20,000 nt of DNA, taken from IMG/VR virus record IMGVR_UViG_3300044513_001424; one strand, written 5' to 3'. Positions 6,623-14,345 of the stretch are shown piece after piece (positions within the stretch are counted from its first letter, which is position 1; every line of letters begins with the position of its first letter). Source of the DNA: an uncultured virus (IMG/VR IMGVR_UViG_3300044513_001424). Lineage: Duplodnaviria; Heunggongvirae; Uroviricota; Caudoviricetes. The notes beneath the pieces are model-generated. The model ran no database searches, was not told the DNA's origin, and was given only the letters and a program-made list of their open reading frames with translations. Position numbers and translations under genes: made by a program.

Positions 6623-6892
6623 ATGGCGCAAAGAACCAGGATTATTGCAACTGAAGAAACACTAGGAACTACAGCAGGTGCCGCCACTAGTATTAGTACC
6701 GCTACTTGCGTAAGACTCTCCAATACTTCTGGTGGTGTTAGAGTTATTGCAGTTAATGCAACAGTAGGTGCTGCTACTTCCACCTTCTTTACTATGCCTG
6801 ACGGAACGGTTGAGTTTCTAGAAAAAGAAGCTAACTATGTTATCTGGGCTGATGGTGCAGTAAAGGCAAACAAAGTAGGATTCACAGGTTGA
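6623..6892 (+). CDS. Small putative virion protein
   Basis: 89 aa, rich in Thr/Ala, directly behind a late promoter. Confidence 0.75.
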   Translation: MAQRTRIIATEETLGTTAGAATSISTATCVRLSNTSGGVRVIAVNATVGAATSTFFTMPDGTVEFLEKEANYVIWADGAVKANKVGFTG

Positions 6893-6894
6893 TC

Positions 6895-7089
6895 GTGAAC
6901 CTCTTTCTGAGGCCACTTACAGACGTAAATGATGTAACTTGGAGTATCATCTGGATGATGGTGATACTCCTTGTCGGAGTTATGTACGTTGTTTACTATA
7001 TACTAGGAATTGATAAGAGAGAATATGGGAGCGATGAAACCCCCGAGTCGGAAGAGTTGTTACAATTTCCGAGTGACGAGCATAGATAG
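6895..7089 (+). CDS. Small membrane protein (hypothetical)
   Basis: Likely GTG start at 6895 (MNLFLRPL...). One TM helix (WSIIWMMVILLVGVMYVVYYILG). The 3' end overlaps the nuclease gene. Confidence 0.65.
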   Translation: MNLFLRPLTDVNDVTWSIIWMMVILLVGVMYVVYYILGIDKREYGSDETPESEELLQFPSDEHR

Positions 7090-7483
7090 AGTGCTCGATG
7101 GAGACACGATCGATGTCACGATTGATCTCGGTTTTGATCTTTATAAAAAAGAAAGAGTTAGAGTTGCTGGTGTTGACACCCCAGAAAAACGCACAAAGGA
7201 TCTTGAAGAAAAAGCACTTGGTTATGACGCAACACACTGGTTGGAAGGAAGACTTGCGGAAGTACTTAATGGGTCTGACGATCTCGTTATCCGTACTGAG
7301 CTTGTTGGCGGTGTTGGGAAGTACGGGCGTCTTCTCGGCTGGCTCTATGTCGGAGATGCCGACGTGTCCCTCAACGAACAAATGATCGAAGAAGGTTACG
7401 CCTGGGCATACGATGGCGGAACCAAACAAAAGAACTTTGAAGAACTAAGGGAAATCCGTAGATCGCATGGCACACTCGTTTGA
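7025..7483 (+). CDS. Thermonuclease (SNase-like) family endonuclease
   Basis: Motifs RVLDGDTIDV, RVRVAGVDTPE, GKYGRLLG and LNEQMIEEGYAWAY. The ATG at 7025 is preferred over the TTG at 7010. Confidence 0.9.
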   Translation: MGAMKPPSRKSCYNFRVTSIDRVLDGDTIDVTIDLGFDLYKKERVRVAGVDTPEKRTKDLEEKALGYDATHWLEGRLAEVLNGSDDLVIRTELVGGVGKYGRLLGWLYVGDADVSLNEQMIEEGYAWAYDGGTKQKNFEELREIRRSHGTLV

Positions 7484-7634
7484 TTTGGATCTTGAGGATT
7501 ACACTATAATCCTCAACGCTTTGCATTATTATAAGAAGGTTGAAAAGAAAGGAAACTTTCAACAGTATGATGATGAAAGAATTAATAAACTTCGTGACAA
7601 AATGGCTAGACAAGTTACAAACTTCTTTGGTTAG
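7467..7634 (+). CDS. Small hypothetical protein (55 aa, absent from the ORF track)
   Basis: MAHSFDLDLEDYTIILNALHYYKKVEKKGNFQQYDDERINKLRDKMARQVTNFFG* exactly fills the gap between the flanking genes. Confidence 0.75.
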   Translation: MAHSFDLDLEDYTIILNALHYYKKVEKKGNFQQYDDERINKLRDKMARQVTNFFG

Positions 7635-7637
7635 GAA

Positions 7638-7829
7638 ATGCACAACGCACTAATAATTTCTCTCTGCTTTCTACCACTTGCAGTAATATTCGTTATAATG
7701 AAGTTATCAGTATGGCTTTCTGTGGCTTACAAAGAGGAAAAGTATGTTGAACGAGAATCAAAAGTACCACATGGACCGTATGTGGCGGAGGCATATGCAG
7801 ACATTGATGAAGAGGATCAATGGGATTAA
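7638..7829 (+). CDS. Small membrane protein (hypothetical)
   Basis: 63 aa with an N-terminal TM segment and an acidic tail. Starts 3 nt after the previous stop. Confidence 0.7.
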   Translation: MHNALIISLCFLPLAVIFVIMKLSVWLSVAYKEEKYVERESKVPHGPYVAEAYADIDEEDQWD

Positions 7830-7878
7830 AGAAAAAGAGTATCTAAAGAAATACTTAGGTGATGATTTTCACGAATAA
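7807..7878 (+). CDS. Possible 23-aa micro-ORF or gene remnant
   Basis: MKRINGIKEKEYLKKYLGDDFHE*. Its TAA lies within the late promoter, as for other genes in the window. Confidence 0.25.
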   Translation: MKRINGIKEKEYLKKYLGDDFHE

Positions 7879-7881
7879 ATA
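7874..7881 (+). promoter_or_regulatory. T4-type late promoter AATAAATA
   Basis: 24 nt upstream of the ATG at 7906. Confidence 0.8.
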
Positions 7882-7905
7882 AGATGCTCATTATTGCAAA
7901 ATATC

Positions 7906-8109
7906 ATGCTCTCATTTCTACTTCCCCTTGCCGCTAAGATCGTCAAGGATGCCGTTTCTAAGGTTCCTGAAAACGAAGAACTAGGAGAAAAACTAGTTGA
8001 TATTTGCCTACTCGTTCTAGAGAAAGCAGTCAAATTGACCAAGACAGATATGGACGATCAACTTCTTGAAGTAGTCAAGAAGGCGATTGCAGCACGCGAA
8101 GAAGCGTGA
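7906..8109 (+). CDS. Small amphipathic helical hypothetical protein
   Basis: MLSFLLPLAAKIVKDAV...LTKTDMDDQLLEVVKKAI. Late promoter upstream, terminator downstream. Confidence 0.8.
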   Translation: MLSFLLPLAAKIVKDAVSKVPENEELGEKLVDICLLVLEKAVKLTKTDMDDQLLEVVKKAIAAREEA

Positions 8110-8114
8110 TACTT

Positions 8115-8137
8115 GGGGACGCAAGTCCCCTGTTTTT
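8115..8137 (+). terminator. Rho-independent terminator
   Basis: GGGGAC-GCAA-GTCCCC (6-bp stem, GNRA loop) followed by TGTTTTT. Confidence 0.9.
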
Positions 8138-8144
8138 ATAAATA
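8137..8144 (+). promoter_or_regulatory. T4 late promoter TATAAATA
   Basis: Perfect T4 consensus fused to the terminator U-tract. A GGAG RBS follows before the ATG at 8181. Confidence 0.9.
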
Positions 8145-8180
8145 AATCTAGATCATAGTCAAACATTGGAGTAATAGCCC

Positions 8181-8699
8181 ATGTCTCTTTGGGGAAATAA
8201 AGATACCGTATACGCGACTGGTAACATTACGGACATCACTGATGCTGGTGTAGTTACTGGATCTGGCACAACTTTCTCCGCATCGGGGCTTGTTGAGGCT
8301 GGTCAAGTTATCACCATGGGTGCCTATGGTGCTGGTGTTATCAAGTCCGTTGATTCGGATACGCAACTCACTCTCGATAGCCCTGCAGGATTAGTTGGAG
8401 TTTCCACAAGTGGAATCACTCAATCCTTCAACGTCAGTGAATCACCTGTTTATCTTGTTAAGGATCAGAATTGGGCAGGTAACGAGATCTACGGTGTAGA
8501 TAACGCTGAGGTTGGTGTTGCTAGAACCACTATCTACTCTGTTGATCATGGTGGATGGGTTGGAATTACCACATACACTGATCAGCACGGTACTACAAGA
8601 ACAAAAACTGAAGTCTTCGTTGCTATGGGTAAAGATTCTACTGGAAGTGGTGGTATTGTTGGTGACGCTGCAGACGATTCTGTCCTTGCAGATAGCTGA
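8181..8699 (+). CDS. Putative virion structural protein
   Basis: 172 aa, MSLWG... HGGWVGITTYTDQHG..RTKTEVFVAM. Rich in Gly/Thr, behind a late promoter. Confidence 0.75.
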   Translation: MSLWGNKDTVYATGNITDITDAGVVTGSGTTFSASGLVEAGQVITMGAYGAGVIKSVDSDTQLTLDSPAGLVGVSTSGITQSFNVSESPVYLVKDQNWAGNEIYGVDNAEVGVARTTIYSVDHGGWVGITTYTDQHGTTRTKTEVFVAMGKDSTGSGGIVGDAADDSVLADS

Positions 8700-8727
8700 T
8701 ATACATAGTACAGACAAGTAATGATAT

Positions 8728-9099
8728 ATGAAGTTCACTGAGTTGAATGATAATAACTATGTTATCTTTGCAATTAAACATTATGAGAATCCACACGCAG
8801 TAACAAAGGAAGACTTTGAGGAAGACCTCAAACGATTCAAGTGGATAAAGAGGCTTTTAAAACGTTATAAAACTACTGGCGTTTTAAAAGCCCACCTTCT
8901 CATCAATCATTTTATTATTTTATATAATGTATTTGGTGAAGCCGCTACACCTTTGTTGTTCTATAAGATTGACAAAGACTTGTGGCCTGTGGTAAAAACA
9001 TTTATTGTATATCTTGGAAGATTTCCTGAATATCCTAAGTCACATATTCATGATGTCCCGATGGATGATAATTGTTTATCTTGTTTAAATCAACTATGA
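8728..9099 (+). CDS. Conserved T4-like phage hypothetical protein upstream of primase
   Basis: 123 aa, FAIKHYENP...FEEDLKRFKWIKRL...LLINHFIILYNVFG. Recalled as a typical syntenic neighbour of gp61. Confidence 0.8.
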   Translation: MKFTELNDNNYVIFAIKHYENPHAVTKEDFEEDLKRFKWIKRLLKRYKTTGVLKAHLLINHFIILYNVFGEAATPLLFYKIDKDLWPVVKTFIVYLGRFPEYPKSHIHDVPMDDNCLSCLNQL

Positions 9100-9269
9100 A
9101 TAACGATAGAATTTTATCTAATGTTAGAAGAGTCATCAAGGAGATGATGTCTGCAGGTACTGGTGGATTTACTGCATCCGCTCCTGCTGAGGGTCCTGTT
9201 GCTGGTTATGATAAGGTGATGAAGAAACCAAAAAAGCTTAAGAAAGTAAAAGATCTAAGGGGCGGATAA
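9096..9269 (+). CDS. Small hypothetical protein (57 aa)
   Basis: The ATG at 9096 overlaps the upstream TGA (ATGA). MNNDRILSNVRRVIKEMMSAGTGGFTASAPAEGPVAGYD with a basic tail. Confidence 0.75.
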   Translation: MNNDRILSNVRRVIKEMMSAGTGGFTASAPAEGPVAGYDKVMKKPKKLKKVKDLRGG

Positions 9270-9707
9270 ATGGCATTCGGTCTTGGTAAATTGGCGGTCC
9301 TTGAATCCAAACTCGACATTTATGAAGATCTATCAAAAGAAATGCTCGACAAACTCGAAAGAGCTGTCGGTACAATCTCAGAAAACAGTAACAAGGTTGC
9401 TGTCATCCTGGAGCGTCACGAGAATAGATTAGACGAGGGTGACAAAGCCAACGCTGCGATCATCAAGATGATCAATGATCATCAGAGATATGATGAAAAA
9501 ATGTTCGAAAGATTTGCGGAAAGATTCGAACAGATGGAAAAAAAGATTGATGATCTATACAAATTTAGATGGATGGCTGTAGGCATTGGCGTTGCTGCAG
9601 TATTCATTATTAAGGGTGCAGATATTTTCGGTGCGTTATTGACACTGCCCGCAAATTCAGGTATCATAGAGCCACCTCAAAGTGCTCTGGTAGATGGTAT
9701 TCGTTGA
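9270..9707 (+). CDS. Coiled-coil protein with a C-terminal TM helix
   Basis: 145 aa, heptad-rich N-terminus, hydrophobic FRWMAVGIGVAAVFII. Overlaps the primase start. Confidence 0.8.
   Translation: MAFGLGKLAVLESKLDIYEDLSKEMLDKLERAVGTISENSNKVAVILERHENRLDEGDKANAAIIKMINDHQRYDEKMFERFAERFEQMEKKIDDLYKFRWMAVGIGVAAVFIIKGADIFGALLTLPANSGIIEPPQSALVDGIR
9639..9667 (+). promoter_or_regulatory. sigma70-type early promoter for primase-nrdAB
   Basis: TTGACA (9639-9644), 17 nt, TATCAT (9662-9667); 26 nt before the primase ATG. Confidence 0.8.
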
Positions 9708-10692
9708 CGACAAGTACATCGGTTTAGTCTCGTCACGGCTACAAAAGTTCGCAAGGAAGAAGAACGGACTGTACAACTTCCGATGCCCTTATTGTGGAGA
9801 CTCGCAGAAGCATAAGAACAAAGCGAGGGGATATTTGTATCTCATAAAAAATGATTATAATTTTAAATGTCATAACTGTGGGGTCACCAAAACCCTCACA
9901 AATTTCCTGAAGGATCAGGACCCTATCATACATGATCAGTACGTCCTAGAGCGGTATAAGAGAGGTGCCGTAGGACGCAAATCAAACACCCCCAAACCTG
10001 ACTTCAAGTTCCAAAAACCAGCCTTCAAACCGAAGGATATTTTGTCCTCTCTGGAGAAAATCTCAAACCTAAATAAAGAACATCCCGCTCGAATCTACTT
10101 AGAACAGGGTAGACAACTTCCCAGTCAGGCACTGGAAGATCTGTACTACGTCGAACGTTTCAAAGAGTGGACAAACCAACACAAGGAGACCTTCGATAAT
10201 GTCACAAAAGACGAACCGCGCATTATCATTCCCCTTAGGTTTGAGGGACGTTTAATTGGATATCAGGGTAGATCATTAGTTCCCAAATCAAAAATTAAAT
10301 ACATCACGATCATGCTTGAGGATAATGCTCCTAAAGTGTTTGGTCTCGATACAATCAACCGTGAGAATCTTGTTTATGTCACAGAAGGACCCTTCGATTC
10401 CTATTTCATTAGGAACTCTATCGCTATGTGTGGTAGCGATGTTGACTTGCGCTTTATGGATTGTGAGTTTGTATTCGTCTACGACAACGAACCAAGAAAC
10501 CGACAGATCGTTGAGAAGATTACTAAGACCGCCGAGTACGGAAATAAGGTAGTGATATGGCCAAAAGAAATTCAGGAGAAGGACTTAAATGACATGGTTT
10601 TATCTGGACGTGAGGTTCAGAATCTGGTAGAATCTAATATCTACAGCGGACTAGAAGCTAAACTAAAATTACAAAACTGGAAAAGAGTATGA
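9694..10692 (+). CDS. gp61: DNA primase (T4 gp61-like)
   Basis: Zn ribbon NFRCPYCGDS...FKCHNCG, GYQGRSL, TOPRIM YVTEGPFDS and YDNEPRN, KDLNDM. Confidence 0.97.
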   Translation: MVFVDDKYIGLVSSRLQKFARKKNGLYNFRCPYCGDSQKHKNKARGYLYLIKNDYNFKCHNCGVTKTLTNFLKDQDPIIHDQYVLERYKRGAVGRKSNTPKPDFKFQKPAFKPKDILSSLEKISNLNKEHPARIYLEQGRQLPSQALEDLYYVERFKEWTNQHKETFDNVTKDEPRIIIPLRFEGRLIGYQGRSLVPKSKIKYITIMLEDNAPKVFGLDTINRENLVYVTEGPFDSYFIRNSIAMCGSDVDLRFMDCEFVFVYDNEPRNRQIVEKITKTAEYGNKVVIWPKEIQEKDLNDMVLSGREVQNLVESNIYSGLEAKLKLQNWKRV

Positions 10693-12986
10693 GCAATGGT
10701 ATCAAGGTAATCAAGAGAAATGGTGCAGTTGAGTCTCTTGATTTGGATAAGCTGCATAAGATGGTGGACGCAGCATGTAGTGGACTTGCAGGTGTTTCTG
10801 CAAGTCAGGTTGAAATTAATTCTGGCATTCAGTTTTATGATGGCATTACTACCGCACAGATTCAGGAGATCCTGATTCGTAGTGCCAGTGATTTGATCAA
10901 TCTTGATCATCCAAATTATCAGTTCGTTGCCGCACGACTCCTTCTATTTTCCCTTAGAAAGAGTCTGTATGGTGGAAGGATTGACCTTCCTGATCTTCTG
11001 ACCCAGATTAAGAATGGGGTTGAGAAGAAAATTTATGATGCAGATATCTTACGAAAGTACTCTGAAGAGGAAATTGAAAAGGTAAATAGCTTTATTGATC
11101 ATGATCGTGACCTTCTGTTCACTTATGCTGGTCTCCGTCAAGTAGTAGATAAGTATCTAGTTCAAGACCGTAGCACCAACCAAGTTTACGAAGTACCACA
11201 GTTTATGTACGCATTGATTGCAATGACAATCTTTGCTGAGTATCCTCAAGAAAATAGACTCGATTATGTCAGACGGTACTACAACTCAATCTCAAAGCAC
11301 AAAATCAACATTCCCACACCTATCATGGCGGGAGTTAGAACTCCACTTCGACAATTTGCTAGCTGTGTTCTTGTTGATGTTGATGACACCCTCGATTCTA
11401 TCTTTAGCTCTGATATGGCAATTGGCCGCTACGTTGCACAAAGGGCGGGCATCGGTATCAACGCAGGCAGAATCCGTGGGATCAACAGTAAGATCAGAGG
11501 TGGAGAAGTTCAACACACAGGTGTTGTTCCATTCCTCAAAAAATTTGAGAGCACTGTCCGATGCTGCACTCAAAATGGCATACGAGGCGGAAGCGCGACT
11601 GTCCACTTCCCAATCTGGCACCAAGAAATCGAAGACATCCTAGTCCTCAAGAACAATAAAGGAACCGAAGATAATCGTGTCCGTCGATTAGACTACAGTA
11701 TCCAAATTAGCAAACTGTTCTATGAACGATTCATCCAAGATGGAGAGATCTCTCTCTTCTCTCCACACGACGTTCCTGGTCTGTATGATGCTTTTGGTAC
11801 TGATCGATTTGACGATCTATATGTGGATTATGAACGAGATGTCCGTGTTCCAAGAAAGACTGTCCGAGCTCAGGGACTCATTCTGGATCTTCTGAAGGAG
11901 AGAGCAGAGACTGGTCGTCTGTACATTATGAACATCGATCATTGCAACTCCCACTCCTCCTTCAAAGATAAGGTGAACATGTCTAACCTGTGTCAGGAGA
12001 TCACTCTCCCCACAGAACCACTCAACCATATTGATGCCATTGATGGTGAGATTGCCTTGTGCATCCTCTCTGCTATCAACATCGGCAAACTCCGTGATCT
12101 TGATGAACTGGAAAACCTTTGTGACCTCGCTGTTCGTGGACTCGAAGAACTGATTGATTATCAGAACTATCCTGTTCGTGCTGCTGAGTTGGCCACTCTG
12201 GGTCGTAGATCCCTTGGAATCGGTTATATTGGACTTGCACACTATCTCGCTAAGAATGGGTGGAAGTATGACTCACAGGACGCCTGGGACGCTGTACACA
12301 GACTTACAGAATCGTTCCAGTACTATCTCCTCAGGGCATCCAATCAACTTGCCAAAGAGAAGGGACGTTGTGTTCAGTTTAGTGGAACCAAGTATTCTGA
12401 TGGTATTCTTCCAATTGATACATACAAAAAGGATGTAGACGAGATTACTTCCGAGGAGTTGCAACATGATTGGGATAGTCTACGGAATGATATCAAGGAA
12501 CATGGACTCAGACACAGCACACTGTCCGCACAGATGCCATCGGAGAGCAGTTCCGTTGTGTCAAACGAAACCAATGGAATCGAACCTCCTAGAGACTTCT
12601 TGTCCATTAAGAAGTCCAAGAAGGGACCTCTTAAGCAGATTGTTCCGCAGTATCAATCTCTGAAGAACAACTACACGTTGCTCTGGGACATGAAATCTAA
12701 TGAAGGATATATAAAGATTGTTGCTGTTATGCAAAAGTTCTTTGACCAAGCCATCTCTGGCAACTGGTCCTATAATCCAGAGAACTATCCAGATAATGAA
12801 GTCCCAGTCTCTGTCATGGCACAAGATTTCCTACAAACTTACAAGTATGGATGGAAGACTTCTTACTACCAGAACACCCACGATATGAAGAATGATGAGT
12901 TAGACGAAAAGAAATTATCCTTAGAACAACTAGTATCCGATATCGAAACCCAGGAGGAAGAAGACTGTGAATCTTGTAAGATCTGA
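10689..12986 (+). CDS. nrdA: Ribonucleotide reductase class Ia alpha subunit
   Basis: N-terminal ATP cone (VIKRNG), PTPIM, FASCVL, NLCQE active site, SYYQN tyrosine pair, C-terminal CESCKI. 765 aa, no intein or intron visible. Confidence 0.98.
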   Translation: MSNGIKVIKRNGAVESLDLDKLHKMVDAACSGLAGVSASQVEINSGIQFYDGITTAQIQEILIRSASDLINLDHPNYQFVAARLLLFSLRKSLYGGRIDLPDLLTQIKNGVEKKIYDADILRKYSEEEIEKVNSFIDHDRDLLFTYAGLRQVVDKYLVQDRSTNQVYEVPQFMYALIAMTIFAEYPQENRLDYVRRYYNSISKHKINIPTPIMAGVRTPLRQFASCVLVDVDDTLDSIFSSDMAIGRYVAQRAGIGINAGRIRGINSKIRGGEVQHTGVVPFLKKFESTVRCCTQNGIRGGSATVHFPIWHQEIEDILVLKNNKGTEDNRVRRLDYSIQISKLFYERFIQDGEISLFSPHDVPGLYDAFGTDRFDDLYVDYERDVRVPRKTVRAQGLILDLLKERAETGRLYIMNIDHCNSHSSFKDKVNMSNLCQEITLPTEPLNHIDAIDGEIALCILSAINIGKLRDLDELENLCDLAVRGLEELIDYQNYPVRAAELATLGRRSLGIGYIGLAHYLAKNGWKYDSQDAWDAVHRLTESFQYYLLRASNQLAKEKGRCVQFSGTKYSDGILPIDTYKKDVDEITSEELQHDWDSLRNDIKEHGLRHSTLSAQMPSESSSVVSNETNGIEPPRDFLSIKKSKKGPLKQIVPQYQSLKNNYTLLWDMKSNEGYIKIVAVMQKFFDQAISGNWSYNPENYPDNEVPVSVMAQDFLQTYKYGWKTSYYQNTHDMKNDELDEKKLSLEQLVSDIETQEEEDCESCKI

Positions 12987-14160
12987 AGACAGCACAAAGA
13001 AGGAAGGAATTAAGTCTCTCCCCGAAGGGATGACGGTATTCAATAAGAACAAAGTAAACCTAAAGAAGCAACCGATGTTCTTCGGTGCTCCTTTAGGAGT
13101 TCAGAGATATGATTCTTACAAGTATCCCGTCTTTGATAAACTGACTCAACAACAACTTGGATACTTCTGGAGACCAGAAGAAGTCTCTCTACAAAAAGAT
13201 AGAGCGGACTATCAATCTTTGAGGGATGAACAGAAACATATCTTCACCTCTAATCTAAAGTATCAGATCCTTTTGGACTCTGTTCAGGGTCGTGGTCCTG
13301 GAATGGCTTTCATTCCATATTGTTCTCTTCCAGAACTTGAAGCGGCTATGACTGCATGGGAATTTATGGAACTCATACATTCTCGTTCTTATACATATAT
13401 CATCAAGAATGTATATCCAGATCCTTCTGATGTTTTCGACACCATTCTTGATGACCAGAAGATCCTCTCTAGAGCTGAATCTGTTACGAAAGCCTATAAT
13501 GATTTCATTAATGCCGCACAGAACTTCGGGTCTGGTCCCATGTGGGAGCATTATCTAGACGGGGTTCCTAATGCACAAAACGAACTCTATGAACTCAAAC
13601 GAAAACTCTATAGAGCAGTCGCGAATGTCAACATCTTGGAAGGAATTAGATTCTATGTCTCCTTCGCTTGCTCTTTCGCATTTGGCGAACTTAAGCTTAT
13701 GGAAGGATCGGCAAAGATCATTTCTCTTATCGCCAGGGACGAAAACCAGCACTTGGTCCTCACCCAAAACATAATGAACAAGTGGAGGGATGGTGATGAT
13801 CCTGACATGCTGCAGATTGCCAAAGAGGAAGAAGAGAACGTGATTGATATGTTCAGAAAGGCAGTTGAAGAAGAAAAGGAATGGGCCCAATACCTTTTCA
13901 AAGATGGTAGTATGATTGGTCTAAATGATAAACTTCTCATTCAATATGTGGAATGGATTGCTAATCGTCGCATGAAGGCGATTGGATTGAAACCTATCTT
14001 TGATATTCCCGCAAAGAACAATCCACTTCCTTGGACTGAACATTGGATTTCTTCTAAAGGTCTGCAAGTTGCACCACAAGAGACTGAAGTAGAGTCTTAT
14101 GTAGTGGGTGGAATTAAACAAGATCTCAAAAAGGATGCTTTCTCAGGATTCAAACTATAA
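12967..14160 (+). CDS. nrdB: Ribonucleotide reductase class Ia beta subunit
   Basis: FWRPEEV, LDSVQGR, ELIHSRSY (radical Tyr), LEGIRFY, RDENQH, VAPQETEVESY. The start is uncertain (GTG 12967 or ATG 13030). Confidence 0.97.
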   Translation: MNLVRSEDSTKKEGIKSLPEGMTVFNKNKVNLKKQPMFFGAPLGVQRYDSYKYPVFDKLTQQQLGYFWRPEEVSLQKDRADYQSLRDEQKHIFTSNLKYQILLDSVQGRGPGMAFIPYCSLPELEAAMTAWEFMELIHSRSYTYIIKNVYPDPSDVFDTILDDQKILSRAESVTKAYNDFINAAQNFGSGPMWEHYLDGVPNAQNELYELKRKLYRAVANVNILEGIRFYVSFACSFAFGELKLMEGSAKIISLIARDENQHLVLTQNIMNKWRDGDDPDMLQIAKEEEENVIDMFRKAVEEEKEWAQYLFKDGSMIGLNDKLLIQYVEWIANRRMKAIGLKPIFDIPAKNNPLPWTEHWISSKGLQVAPQETEVESYVVGGIKQDLKKDAFSGFKL

Positions 14161-14312
14161 TGACTGAACCTCCCGAGTGGAAAAAAAGAGCACTTGCTGA
14201 TCCCTCTTTGGGGGAGAGGCAAGTCGAAATACTTGTACATGGACCCAAGTCTCTATCAGAGGCTTGGTTCCTTCAAGCTATGAAATTTAAGTACCTCCGA
14301 AAGACAGGGTGA
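14160..14312 (+). CDS. Small hypothetical protein (50 aa, absent from the ORF track)
   Basis: TAATG coupling to nrdB. MTEPPEWKKRALADPSLGERQVEILVHGPKSLSEAWFLQAMKFKYLRKTG*. Confidence 0.75.
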   Translation: MTEPPEWKKRALADPSLGERQVEILVHGPKSLSEAWFLQAMKFKYLRKTG

Positions 14313-14318
14313 TAAATA
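14311..14318 (+). promoter_or_regulatory. T4-type late promoter GATAAATA
   Basis: Overlaps the upstream TGA, 27 nt before the ATG at 14346. Confidence 0.8.
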
Positions 14319-14345
14319 CTTTATATGTGTTAATCCCTGTCGATA

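Noticed and set aside
11233..13940. Alternate-frame and antisense ORFs within nrdA/nrdB
   Set aside because: Fully nested in highly conserved genes, with no recognisable features.
10689..14160. Possible intein, group I intron or homing endonuclease in nrdA/nrdB
   Set aside because: Both ORFs are continuous, of normal length, with motifs at the expected spacing.
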